Source of the DNA: Acinetobacter phage ABPH49
Length of the DNA stretch: 64,000 nucleotides
Sequence record: MH533020.1
Direction: 5' to 3' (one strand)
Below, piece by piece: positions 26,615-36,017 of the stretch. Within the stretch, counting starts at the first letter, position 1; every line of letters begins with the position of its first letter. Under the pieces are notes generated by a model, which saw only the letters and a list, made by a program, of their open reading frames with translations, did no database searches and was not told where the DNA came from. The translations under genes were made by a program, and so were the position numbers.

Positions 26615-28396
26615 TTAGTTCAGGTAACTCGCAGCTCGTTCACGAATAACCGTCAGAGACTCGTCAACAACCATCTTACCATCCTTGAAGATGATCCGCA
26701 ATTCGTTGTCTGGCGTATTTACACCATCGAACCCGAAACCATCCTTCAGGACGTAATTGCCGTCCTCTTTTACAACCTTGACACAGCCCTTGGCAGATTT
26801 CTTGCCCGGGTCGGTCTTCGGCTCTTTGCTCACCAGAATCTCAACGCCGTCGATAATAGCGCCGGTGGCTTTCACAGCAGAACCCAGACTGTCACGGGTT
26901 GCGTACTGGGTTGTGTAAGAACCGACACCGAATACGATGTTGGAGCTTGCGAAACCTTTCGCTTCCAGACGTTTGAAGATCTGGGTTGCACGATCAACGG
27001 TGATGGAGTCGCCGTAGATCAGACCGATGTGGCTATCGAGCACTTTGAAGCCTTTGCTGTTGACTTCGCCGCCGAAGATTTCCCACAGGATCTCAATGGT
27101 GCCTTTCTGCTGCGTGTCCAGAGTAGCTTCTTCGTACTCCAGCACGGTACGGCCGTCGATGTAGTAGTATTGCTTATCGTGGCGGTTCCACTCAATCTTA
27201 CCCTTCATACGGTACAGTTTGCCAGCGAAAGTGAAGAAACGGTCAACTGTATCAGGGCCTCGCTTACCGTGACCCACTTCCAGATCTTCCTCTGCACTTT
27301 CCAGCGCCCACTCGGCAGCTGATTCCAGATCGCCAGCTTCAGTCAGGTCTTCAATATCTGACCAGTCGACTGTTCCGCAGATTACGTCTACAGGGTTGCC
27401 GGAGTCTGGACGCATAACCAGACGGCCGTCGCGTGCCATGATCTTATCCTTCAGGGCAGGCAGGGCTTTGGTGATGATTGCCCAGTAGTCGTAGGAGTCG
27501 GCTACATAGGATACGAAGCCATCCGGGTAAATCTTGGTGATGAACTTATCCAAGAACTCCACTTCTGCCATGTATCGCAGGGAGTCCAGAGTTGCATCTG
27601 GAAACTCTTTACGCAGGCGCTCTACGTTGAAGCTGATGTTCGTGGTGGCAACGGAGTGCTCAGACGCCGGGATTGAACCAGCAACGAACTCATCTTCCAT
27701 GTTGTAATACTCTTCAGCATACCACTGGGAAGGAATGGTGTCGGTACCCATGAAGTGGATCAGGTGACCCAGTTCGCTCTGTGCTGCATCTGCCAGCCCA
27801 GCTTCGCCACGGAATGCGAACATGTGACACTGGAACGGGATGTGGTCCATGTTGTCACAGGTTTTCTTCGCGGCCTCTACGCACAACACTTTGAACTGGC
27901 GCATGGTTGTCGCGGTGTTCATGGTTTTCCACGTCTCCGAAGACATAACGCTCTCGAAGAAGTTTACCAGCCAGCCGAAGCCGGGGACCGTATTCTGGAT
28001 GGTGTAGACTGGCACACCTATCGGTGACAGACTACCTTCCGGCAGGGCGCGGATTTCCAGAGGCAGGTAGCCCAGATCGTAAACGGCTTCGATGCCGGAC
28101 ATATCGACCTTGCCTTTGCCGATGGATTTATCCGCGTGCTTACGCAGGCCATCGATAGCTTTTTTCTTCGATACGTTGAAGAAGTTGCGTTGGAACAGGT
28201 CGATGAAGAACCACTTAGTGAAGCCTTGCAGGCCTGCAAACATCACGCGCTGGTCTTCCCCGGTGAAGTGCGGGAACAGACGTGCAGACCGTGGGGTGTA
28301 GTTGGACTGGACGAATTCAGTCTTATCGTGGTACATCGAGATGTGTGCCGGTTTGTACCAATCAGTTGCAACGAACGGGTTCATGTTGTGAATCAT
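26615..28396 (-). CDS. nadV: nicotinamide phosphoribosyltransferase-like (NAMPT/NadV; Namat-like)
   Basis: 593 aa; N-terminus FVATDWYKPAHISMY... matches NAMPT family pattern; adjacent to Prs-like gene. Confidence 0.8.
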   Translation of the reverse strand: MIHNMNPFVATDWYKPAHISMYHDKTEFVQSNYTPRSARLFPHFTGEDQRVMFAGLQGFTKWFFIDLFQRNFFNVSKKKAIDGLRKHADKSIGKGKVDMSGIEAVYDLGYLPLEIRALPEGSLSPIGVPVYTIQNTVPGFGWLVNFFESVMSSETWKTMNTATTMRQFKVLCVEAAKKTCDNMDHIPFQCHMFAFRGEAGLADAAQSELGHLIHFMGTDTIPSQWYAEEYYNMEDEFVAGSIPASEHSVATTNISFNVERLRKEFPDATLDSLRYMAEVEFLDKFITKIYPDGFVSYVADSYDYWAIITKALPALKDKIMARDGRLVMRPDSGNPVDVICGTVDWSDIEDLTEAGDLESAAEWALESAEEDLEVGHGKRGPDTVDRFFTFAGKLYRMKGKIEWNRHDKQYYYIDGRTVLEYEEATLDTQQKGTIEILWEIFGGEVNSKGFKVLDSHIGLIYGDSITVDRATQIFKRLEAKGFASSNIVFGVGSYTTQYATRDSLGSAVKATGAIIDGVEILVSKEPKTDPGKKSAKGCVKVVKEDGNYVLKDGFGFDGVNTPDNELRIIFKDGKMVVDESLTVIRERAASYLN

Positions 28397-28416
28397 TGTG
28401 TTTCTCCTTCGCTAAG

Positions 28417-28441
28417 TTTGAAAAGGGGAGGTTGCCCTCCC
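28417..28441 (-). terminator. stem-loop terminator between prs and nadV
   Basis: GGGAGG-gcaa-CCTCCC + T-run on minus strand. Confidence 0.45.
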
Positions 28442-28454
28442 GACGAACACCAGA

Positions 28455-29330
28455 TTAACCGAAGTATCCGGTCTGGTCAAGAGTTTTAATCAACCCTTTT
28501 GGATCGTGACCTTCTACGTACTTCTTCCACGGGAATGGGGTGTAGACTGCATCAATAATGCCGTCGAATACTTCCAGACCTTTCGAGAAGATGCCGTGAG
28601 TAACGTAAAGCAGAACTGTCTTTGCCCCAGCCTCTTTCAACGCATTGGCGAGATGGATGAATGTTGCACCACCATCTGCAATGTCGTCAACCATCAGAAC
28701 TGTTCGACCTTTTACGTCCGAACCCATGAACCCGGTACCGGTGATCTGACCGGTAGAAACGTCGCGATGTTTGATGCCAATCACCATCTCCTTGGCACCC
28801 ATGTTTGCAGCGAGTTTTGACACCTTCTTCAAAGCACCAGCGTCTGGAGAGCAGAATAGAACCTCTTCCTGACGAGCGATACGGGTGTAATGGTCACTTC
28901 GTACCAAAAGACCAACAGCTTGGGTTTCAACCCCAGTAACCCGAAGGTTCTTGATGAGGGCCGGACCAACATCACTGTGTGGGTCGTAAACATGAACAGC
29001 GTCGAAGTTCATGCTGTTGATCAGATTAGCCATCACACGGACAGATAGTGCTTCACCCGTGACCATTGCCCGGTCTTGCCGTGCATACGGGAGGTATGGG
29101 ATGAACAGGTTTTTAGGGGAATCCGACATCCCACCGTGATTATCCATTGCATCCTTGAGCAACAGAAGATCCATCACGTCATCCGAAGAGGTAATGTGGG
29201 CAACTACGTTAACAGGGCCTTTGACATTGAAGCCCAACGACATCCCGGGGATTTTTACGTTGCGTTCACCACCGCTGAAGCTGAAGAATTGTGGAATCAA
29301 GTCCACACCAAAGCGATTTAATTTGATCAT
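28455..29330 (-). CDS. prs: ribose-phosphate pyrophosphokinase-like (Prs / Adps-like)
   Basis: 291 aa with PRPP-binding signature VLMVDDIADGGATF and Prs-like N-domain. Confidence 0.8.
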   Translation of the reverse strand: MIKLNRFGVDLIPQFFSFSGGERNVKIPGMSLGFNVKGPVNVVAHITSSDDVMDLLLLKDAMDNHGGMSDSPKNLFIPYLPYARQDRAMVTGEALSVRVMANLINSMNFDAVHVYDPHSDVGPALIKNLRVTGVETQAVGLLVRSDHYTRIARQEEVLFCSPDAGALKKVSKLAANMGAKEMVIGIKHRDVSTGQITGTGFMGSDVKGRTVLMVDDIADGGATFIHLANALKEAGAKTVLLYVTHGIFSKGLEVFDGIIDAVYTPFPWKKYVEGHDPKGLIKTLDQTGYFG

Positions 29331-29836
29331 TTTCTCTCTCCTTGCTGTTGAAGTTTTCGATACGAAGCAGTCTGCACCTTTGAATGACCGATGTCAATCA
29401 TATTTTTAGCTGCCAACAGGTCGTAGGGTGTGATCCCCAGACGTCCGTTGATGATGACCGACGGGTACAGGTACATGTTGGCACCTGCGTCGTCAATAAT
29501 CGCCCACTTGGTGATTTCATTTTCCTCAACAAAGTCGAGGACCCCAGTGCCTCTTCCGAACCCACCCCCGCAGTGGCGGCCAGTGCAGAAGATGTTGAAA
29601 CCGAGAGACTCTGAAACCATCTTCAGGTCCTTTTTGTCTGAACCGACAAACCATGAGCTGACACCAACCACCACGATACCTTCTCGGTTAACCCACCCAG
29701 CGAACATGTTGCAGAGTGTCCGATCAACATATCGTGTAAGGTCGACAGTCTTGTCAACCTGCTCATTTCTATAAGGTGCATAGTTCAATACACCATCAAT
29801 GTCCAAGAAAACTACTTTTGCTTTTCGCCAGTCCAT
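29327..29836 (-). CDS. HAD-superfamily phosphatase-like protein
   Basis: N-terminal FLDIDGVL (DxDxV/T motif I); 169 aa; coupled to prs. Confidence 0.45.
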   Translation of the reverse strand: MDWRKAKVVFLDIDGVLNYAPYRNEQVDKTVDLTRYVDRTLCNMFAGWVNREGIVVVGVSSWFVGSDKKDLKMVSESLGFNIFCTGRHCGGGFGRGTGVLDFVEENEITKWAIIDDAGANMYLYPSVIINGRLGITPYDLLAAKNMIDIGHSKVQTASYRKLQQQGERK

Positions 29837-30291
29837 GAAGACCTCCCGTAAGATTCCAATAAGTTATCGTCCTTGACCGTCAGGTAATGCTTTGGCTTCT
29901 TCTTACCAAAACGGTCAATGTATGTCTCTCTGATCACCTCGATGATGCCCAACTCTTCCATCCGCGACAGGAATTCACTGACCCGCGACCGGGATGTTCT
30001 TGAGAATCCGATGTTGACGCCCAGTTCCTGTTGGGATTCCCACATCACCCTCATCAGATTGCAATCCCTGTCTTCCTCTAACGCCTGCCGGGCGAAGAAG
30101 TCGTACCGCTGCCGAAGCAGGCACATCTTCTTGAAGTCAGCATCACTCATGATGTGCATCCACCACAGGGGGATAGCCACATACTGCCTCTCGTCGATCT
30201 CAACAAGTCGGCCCCTTATCTCGACTTTCATCTTTACCTCCAACTCAACTTCAGCTATCTTATCACCAGCTGCCGATTTGTCAACCATGAG
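29812..30291 (-). CDS. hypothetical protein, possible wHTH DNA-binding regulator
   Basis: start taken at MVDKSAAG (ORF track 29812-30315); helix-turn-helix-like RVSEFLSRMEELGIIEV; first gene leftward of divergent control region. Confidence 0.3.
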   Translation of the reverse strand, partial: LMVDKSAAGDKIAEVELEVKMKVEIRGRLVEIDERQYVAIPLWWMHIMSDADFKKMCLLRQRYDFFARQALEEDRDCNLMRVMWESQQELGVNIGFSRTSRSRVSEFLSRMEELGIIEVIRETYIDRFGKKKPKHYLTVKDDNLLESYGRSSWTGEKQK

Positions 30292-30467
30292 AGGTGTGCT
30301 TAAAAAGGAACACAAGTATTAACATACGATCTCCCTTGCTCGACTCCGTCTCGCATAATATTATTATTCATTACATTCATAATAATATTAAACCCTATTC
30401 TTTTATAGTTATTCCTTTCAGTCATAACTATAAGAAGATCTTATATCAAAAGAGTATTAAAAATTTC

Positions 30468-30496
30468 TTGATTTGAAATTCAAAGTTGAGTAGTAT
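30468..30496 (+). promoter_or_regulatory. sigma70-like promoter TTGATT-N17-TAGTAT
   Basis: in AT-rich divergent region, upstream of first plus-strand gene. Confidence 0.4.
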
Positions 30497-30527
30497 CTAT
30501 CCCAACGAAACGCATTGAGGATTTGAA

Positions 30528-30836
30528 ATGTTAAATTTAAAAAGTAAGTCACCAACAGCTCTGGAAGTGTCACTCCAACAGTGGTTCCGCGATGCGGCAT
30601 ATCTGGCCCGGTGTGCCAACACCGTATGTGTGGTGATCCCAGAGGGAACTGAAACGAATCTTCAGGCTCTGTTCGGTAAGTTTTACCCGTCGGTACAGAA
30701 TTTTGTCAAGGAGGGGATGATTTATCTGAAGAATGTGGTTGACATCAGTGTGGAAGATCTGGACAATCAGATTGTGGAAGTACAAAACGTTCAACACCTT
30801 CACGATCTGAAGGTGCATTCAATGGAAGCTTCATGA
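30528..30836 (+). CDS. hypothetical protein
   Basis: 102 aa, GAGGA RBS. Confidence 0.4.
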   Translation: MLNLKSKSPTALEVSLQQWFRDAAYLARCANTVCVVIPEGTETNLQALFGKFYPSVQNFVKEGMIYLKNVVDISVEDLDNQIVEVQNVQHLHDLKVHSMEAS

Positions 30837-30846
30837 GGAGAGTAAA

Positions 30847-31029
30847 ATGCAAGAGATTATCGCGTTTGGCCTGACAAAGGCAGAGCTGTTGGTCATTTTC
30901 ATCGGCTTCATCATGCTGGTGGTTGGCACGTCGTTCATCGTCAACCTGTTCCAACGTCAAAAGCCCTCGGTGAGTGATATGCTTATTGAGCTTCAGAAGG
31001 CCAATGACGAGTTCACAGGTCGACGGTAA
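30847..31029 (+). CDS. small membrane protein
   Basis: 60 aa with one TM (LLVIFIGFIMLVVGTSFIV); GAGGAGAG RBS. Confidence 0.4.
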   Translation: MQEIIAFGLTKAELLVIFIGFIMLVVGTSFIVNLFQRQKPSVSDMLIELQKANDEFTGRR

Positions 31030-31093
31030 CCGACCATAAGGGTTAGCCCCGGAAAATCGATTCTGGGGCTTCCTGTTGACGATTTGGGGGTGT

Positions 31094-31414
31094 ATGGTGA
31101 GTGAGTTTAAGAATATTACGTTCGATGACGGGGTCTATGAGCAACTCAAGGACTCTGCGCCGGATGACTTTCAGCTGATCCGTCTGTTTCTGCAAATCAG
31201 AGAAGCTGACCGGGTCATGAAGCGATCGGGAATCAAGGGTGAGATTACCCGGATGTCTAAGATCTACGACACGGAGACGAGGCAGTATCTGTTCCTGCTG
31301 TGGCTCGACAGTGATGACGAAAATATTGTTGACCAGATCGAGATCCGGTTGGTAAACTACCAAAACAAAGAGAAATGGCCGGAGTCGGTCGTTTTCGTAA
31401 AAGAGGGGAGATGA
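31094..31414 (+). CDS. hypothetical protein
   Basis: 106 aa, GGGGG RBS. Confidence 0.35.
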   Translation: MVSEFKNITFDDGVYEQLKDSAPDDFQLIRLFLQIREADRVMKRSGIKGEITRMSKIYDTETRQYLFLLWLDSDDENIVDQIEIRLVNYQNKEKWPESVVFVKEGR

Positions 31415-31415
31415 G

Positions 31416-31889
31416 ATGCAAAAAACTAAATCCTGCGAGTGCCACCTGTGCGTTCGCTCCCGCGATATCCAAGAACATCTGGATCTTGTGAACGATCCAA
31501 TCATCAGGAAAGGCCTGCGTCGCCTGATCCTTGAAATCGATCATGAGCTGGAGATCGCAAATACCGACAACGGCCGTCTTGAAGCGATCATCGCCGGGAC
31601 GTGGCACAATGCCGATGAGGTTATGAATAAGGCCGGTTGGGTTCGCAAGCAAGAAGAGGCCGAATTTAAACCTTTCAACGCGTACATCAAATCACACTCA
31701 GTGTTCGGCACTCTGCTGTTCGAGGGCTATGGTGTGGTGATTGAACGGCGTGCACACGGGGCATCCTACCTTGTTCGCTGCCAAGACGGTGTTGAGCGTG
31801 AAGTGTTCCTCTCGAGCAACAAGTATCCAAAAGATCGACTGCAAATGGTGGGCCAAAATGAAAAATTCAGTTCCGCTCTCACTGAGTAA
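31416..31889 (+). CDS. hypothetical Cys-rich protein
   Basis: 157 aa, N-terminal CECHLC; AAGAGGGGAG RBS. Confidence 0.4.
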   Translation: MQKTKSCECHLCVRSRDIQEHLDLVNDPIIRKGLRRLILEIDHELEIANTDNGRLEAIIAGTWHNADEVMNKAGWVRKQEEAEFKPFNAYIKSHSVFGTLLFEGYGVVIERRAHGASYLVRCQDGVEREVFLSSNKYPKDRLQMVGQNEKFSSALTE

Positions 31890-33054
31890 AAATTATGTAG
31901 CACACTGGACGTGGAAAGAGGCAGTCCGAGAGATCCTTCAGAACGCCATCGACTGCCGCGAATGGGGCATCGGTAAAGATGCTGATGGAAAATTGGTCAT
32001 CTCATCGTTTGGTGGCTCCATCCCACGTACAGCCCTGCTGCTGGGGGAGTCCGGCAAACGCGATGATGAAAAGATCGGTAAGTTTGGTGAAGGCCTGAAG
32101 CTTGCCCTGCTGATCCTGTGTCGCGAAGGGTACGATGTGGCCGTTCATACCGGTAAAGAGGTGTGGACCCCATACATGGACCACAGTGAACAGTTCGGCA
32201 CCGAGTGTCTGCACATCTTCATCGAAGAGTCAGACAACGAAGATGATAGCGCCGTTCACGTATCGATCGGTGGGTTATCCCGTGAGCAGTTCGATGAAAT
32301 TGACGACATGTATCTCTCTGAAGAGCAAATGGAAGACGCAATTATCGAGGTTGATGGTTGTCACGTCTTCAATGCGTTAACGACTGCGCCGGAGTACGAC
32401 GACGGAATGTATACGGACGACGAGATCCCTCGCAAAGTTTACTGCGGAGGTCTTTTCGTGTGCAACCTGCCGGAAAACTTCGAGTATTCGTACAACTTCC
32501 GCCCAGACCGTATCAAGCTGGATCGTGATCGTAAGACTGTTCAGGCGTGGGATATCGCTTGGGAAATCTCCCGGATCTTCGCTTCCGCTGGCCGCGCCGA
32601 CATGATCGTAAGTCTGGCCGGTCAAAAGAAAGAGGATGTAGGGAACTACTCCACGATCCACACAACCTACTACGGTGCGTCTACATCGGGCAAGTCTACG
32701 GCTGAGTTCAGCGAAGAGCTTCAAACTCTGGCTGCGGAAAGCTTCAAGACTCGACATGGTGAACGTGCGGTCCCTGTATATGACAACATGGATCACGCAA
32801 AGCGCCAGCTCTTGACCAAGGCGATACACAAGGCTGGATACATCCCGGTCAACGTTGGGAAGTCTGAGTTCGACATGATCGGTGACTGTATCCAATTGCC
32901 GGAGAACTTGACTTTACCTGACGAGCCAAACATGCTATCTTTGCTGCTCGAGTGGAAAGACAAGTTCGGAGGTGAAACTTCCGAGGCGGGGAATGAATCG
33001 ATGAACGAAATCATCGAGAAACTCCAAAACTGGGTGATGTTCAAAGGGGAATAA
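31858..33054 (+). CDS. GHKL-type ATPase domain protein (Bergerat fold)
   Basis: motifs EILQNAIDC (N box), DADGKLVISSFGG (G1), GKFGEGLKLA (G2) near N-terminus; about 398 aa; start ambiguous (ORF track 31741). Confidence 0.45.
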   Translation: MKNSVPLSLSKNYVAHWTWKEAVREILQNAIDCREWGIGKDADGKLVISSFGGSIPRTALLLGESGKRDDEKIGKFGEGLKLALLILCREGYDVAVHTGKEVWTPYMDHSEQFGTECLHIFIEESDNEDDSAVHVSIGGLSREQFDEIDDMYLSEEQMEDAIIEVDGCHVFNALTTAPEYDDGMYTDDEIPRKVYCGGLFVCNLPENFEYSYNFRPDRIKLDRDRKTVQAWDIAWEISRIFASAGRADMIVSLAGQKKEDVGNYSTIHTTYYGASTSGKSTAEFSEELQTLAAESFKTRHGERAVPVYDNMDHAKRQLLTKAIHKAGYIPVNVGKSEFDMIGDCIQLPENLTLPDEPNMLSLLLEWKDKFGGETSEAGNESMNEIIEKLQNWVMFKGE

Positions 33055-33056
33055 GA

Positions 33057-33236
33057 TGACAAAGGTGATTTTGTTTTGGGTGATGACCACCCTGAGTGGT
33101 GACGGTATCTCCACACAGGCGGGGACCGCTGAGTTCCCCACTGCTGACCAATGCATGACGGCCAAGGCTATGATCTTGGACCATGCAAAGACACTGTCCC
33201 GTGCTGGAGTTTCTGCACAAGCGGATTGTCTGTAAT
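33057..33236 (+). CDS. small secreted/membrane-anchored protein
   Basis: 59 aa, hydrophobic N-terminus MTKVILFWVMTTLSG. Confidence 0.25.
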
Positions 33237-33555
33237 GGACGCCGTAATGATCGCAGACCTTGAGGAAGAGGGTTATGTCTTCCGCCGGGATGGGATCGTA
33301 CTGGGCAAGGACGGCTTTAAAATGCCGTCTTACTTGGCTAAGAGTCCATATCATGTAGATCTTGAGTGTAAAAAGCGTTGGGAAGGGAAACAAAACTTCC
33401 TGATTGCACACCTGATCGCTGCTAAGTATAAGCCTTGCCCGGGCGATCTCAAAAGCGGTACGTATTTCATTCGTCATATCAACAGCTTGCAGAGTGACTC
33501 GTCTGTTGAGAATCTCGAATGGGTTAAATTCACATCTCAAAACGGGGGTGGGTGA
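33235..33555 (+). CDS. hypothetical protein
   Basis: 106 aa; TAATG overlap. Confidence 0.35.
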   Translation: MDAVMIADLEEEGYVFRRDGIVLGKDGFKMPSYLAKSPYHVDLECKKRWEGKQNFLIAHLIAAKYKPCPGDLKSGTYFIRHINSLQSDSSVENLEWVKFTSQNGGG

Positions 33556-33716
33556 TGGAGAGCTATCACGAAATGATGTGGCGTTGGTATCTGGAGGGTG
33601 CCAGATGCTACAGCTCCGGTGGTAAGATCGAGGACTGTCCTTACAGCCCCGAGGATGAGGAGAGCCATCGCGAGTGGATGGACGGATTTGCTGATGCACA
33701 GATGGGGGATTTATGA
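33555..33716 (+). CDS. ribosome modulation factor (Rmf)-like small protein
   Basis: 53 aa RWYLEGARCYSSGGKIEDCPYSPEDEESHREWMDGFADAQ aligns by eye to E. coli RMF RGYQAGIAGRSKEMCPYQ...QWLGGWREAMA. Confidence 0.5.
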   Translation: MESYHEMMWRWYLEGARCYSSGGKIEDCPYSPEDEESHREWMDGFADAQMGDL

Positions 33717-34036
33717 CTTCAGTTCGTTACGATGAGTACGTCAGGGATTTGGGTCTTGATGATTTGAGCAGCCTGAGTGAGTCTCTGGAGAACCGCCGAG
33801 CGTTACTTCGGGACGAGGAAAAGAAAACCGTCTGGCGGATCGTTGATCGGTGGATGTGTTACGGAAACTACCGTGAAGAGGACTACGTCCGAGCTGCACA
33901 GGGCCTTGCCGCACACGCAACCAAGATCTTCAACGATGGGGAGAGGGATCGTGGCGACCTCGAGTTGCATATTCAGGCGGAGAGATTGCCTGCCAGTGAA
34001 TATGCCAAGTGGGAGAAAGAATATGGCTTCGATTGA
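33713..34036 (+). CDS. hypothetical protein
   Basis: 107 aa. Confidence 0.35.
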   Translation: MTSVRYDEYVRDLGLDDLSSLSESLENRRALLRDEEKKTVWRIVDRWMCYGNYREEDYVRAAQGLAAHATKIFNDGERDRGDLELHIQAERLPASEYAKWEKEYGFD

Positions 34037-34364
34037 TCTTGAAATGAAACCTGAGATAGAGTCGGACGAGCCAGTCTTCGACTCGCCTCACGGTAGCATC
34101 TGGATCGTCGCTGTAGACTACGCCGGTAGGGTGAGTGTTCTTCAGACCCCAAATATTCACTACTCTCTACTTGACAACGGTCCAGAGGCGGAGTATCTTG
34201 GGCTTCCTGAGAGTGTTGATGACTTAGACCCGGGGGTTTACCGGTGGAAGTGCAGTTATCACACATCTGTCGATTGGGAATCAGGGCATGTTGACGGCTA
34301 CAGCTTCGAAGTTGAAGAGTCCACACTGCTCTGGAGTCCAGATGAGGAATTACCAAGGGGGTAG
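34023..34364 (+). CDS. hypothetical protein
   Basis: 113 aa, start MASIDLEMK. Confidence 0.35.
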   Translation: MASIDLEMKPEIESDEPVFDSPHGSIWIVAVDYAGRVSVLQTPNIHYSLLDNGPEAEYLGLPESVDDLDPGVYRWKCSYHTSVDWESGHVDGYSFEVEESTLLWSPDEELPRG

Positions 34365-34368
34365 TGAA

Positions 34369-34644
34369 ATGCGGTCCACAGAAGAAATCATGGCTGATAT
34401 GCCAGAAGATATGAAGGTGAAGCTGGCTGATATAACTGAGATGTTTTCAAAACTGCTGGCAAATCCAGAGGCTTTCATGCCAAAGGCTGAGTGCAAGGTA
34501 TGCGGAGAGAATCGCAGTCAGGATCTGGTGGCGCATGGCCCGGGCGTTGCCCGGTTCATGTATTACCCTTGCCGCCATAGCGAAGTACACAAGGACCATG
34601 TTTCGACGTGGTATGATGAGAAAGATAACGAGGTGGAGGTATAA
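34369..34644 (+). CDS. hypothetical Cys/His-rich protein
   Basis: 91 aa, CKVCGEN...YYPCRHSEVHKDH. Confidence 0.35.
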   Translation: MRSTEEIMADMPEDMKVKLADITEMFSKLLANPEAFMPKAECKVCGENRSQDLVAHGPGVARFMYYPCRHSEVHKDHVSTWYDEKDNEVEV

Positions 34645-36017
34645 TGACCAAGTCAGTAACTGAGATCCTTAACGAGCTGCGTGCAACCTCGTCTAAGAAC
34701 GAAAAAGAGCGAATCATCCGTGAGAATGCTGATCATGACGGCCTGCGTGAAGCATTTCGTGTAGCTTACTCGAAAGAGTTGAACTTCTTTGTGCGTGGCG
34801 TGAAGAACACCTACCAGAACCCGGGCCTGCGCCCTCTTTCGGACAGCATCAACGATCTGGTAACGAACATCGCTGGCCGCCTGTACACCGGCGACGAAGC
34901 CAAGTCGTACATGCAGCAGCTGATCGGCTTGTGTGAAGAGCCTGATACGCTGGTGGCGATCATCAACCGCGATCTGGAGTGTGGTGTACAGACAACCATC
35001 ACCAACAAAGTGTGGAAGGACCTGATCACCGAGCCTCCGTACCAGAGCTACACGCTGTTCACCGAGAAGTTGCTGCGTAAGTTCAACTTCAAGGGCGCTT
35101 TCTCCGATGAGAAAATGGACGGTCTGTATGCAGACATCATGGTATGGCCTGATCAGGTTATCTATCGCTCACGATCTGGTAAAGAGCTGAACTTCCGTGC
35201 CCCACAGGCAGTGGAAGATGCGCTGATGTCGGCGGCCTGCACTCGAGGCCCATTCGTGGCACACGGTGAAGGTCTGGTTATCGATCCGACAGCACGTCAT
35301 GGTGTTATGGAACGTGCAGAGGGTAACGGCTATCTGAACCAAGATCCTGAAGACATCGACCGAAACCGGGTCCGACTTGTTGTCTGGGACATGGTTGACA
35401 TGGACGATTACATCGCCCGCAAGTCGAAAGTCGAATATTACATTCGTCGTGACAACACCAGCTTCTTGGTTGCAGAGGTGGATGTTCTTGAGCATTTCCA
35501 GATGGTTCGTGGTCGTAAGATCAACAGCCTGAAAGAGGCGATCGACCACTTCATCGAAATGCGACAGCAGAAGAAGGAAGGGACGGTACTCAAAGAAGCT
35601 GATATGTTGTGGGGTGACAACAAGACCAAGAAGGGTATCAAACTGAAGAATGAGTTTGACGTCGATCTGGAAGTTGTTGCGACGACACCTCACAAGAAGA
35701 AGGAAGGTTGGGTGGGCGCTCTGATCTGTCAGACACGTGATGGTCTGCTTGAGGTTGGTGCCGGTTCTGGATTGACAGATGCACTGCGTGGCAAGTCACC
35801 AGACTACTTCGTCGGCCAGATCATCACGATCAAGGCGAACGACATCACGAAATCTGAGACGAAAGAACTCCAGTCTCTGTTCCTGCCACGACTCAACTAC
35901 AAGTTTGTTGAGATCCGCCGGGACAAGAGCATCGCCAACAGTCTGGAAGAAGTTATCCAAGCTGCTGACTCACTGCTGGAACTGCTGCGTAAAATTGCGG
36001 AGGATGTGGATAAATGA
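34644..36017 (+). CDS. ATP-dependent DNA ligase
   Basis: 457 aa; adenylation motif I SDEKMDGL (KxDG); ATGA overlap with upstream gene. Confidence 0.75.
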   Translation: MTKSVTEILNELRATSSKNEKERIIRENADHDGLREAFRVAYSKELNFFVRGVKNTYQNPGLRPLSDSINDLVTNIAGRLYTGDEAKSYMQQLIGLCEEPDTLVAIINRDLECGVQTTITNKVWKDLITEPPYQSYTLFTEKLLRKFNFKGAFSDEKMDGLYADIMVWPDQVIYRSRSGKELNFRAPQAVEDALMSAACTRGPFVAHGEGLVIDPTARHGVMERAEGNGYLNQDPEDIDRNRVRLVVWDMVDMDDYIARKSKVEYYIRRDNTSFLVAEVDVLEHFQMVRGRKINSLKEAIDHFIEMRQQKKEGTVLKEADMLWGDNKTKKGIKLKNEFDVDLEVVATTPHKKKEGWVGALICQTRDGLLEVGAGSGLTDALRGKSPDYFVGQIITIKANDITKSETKELQSLFLPRLNYKFVEIRRDKSIANSLEEVIQAADSLLELLRKIAEDVDK

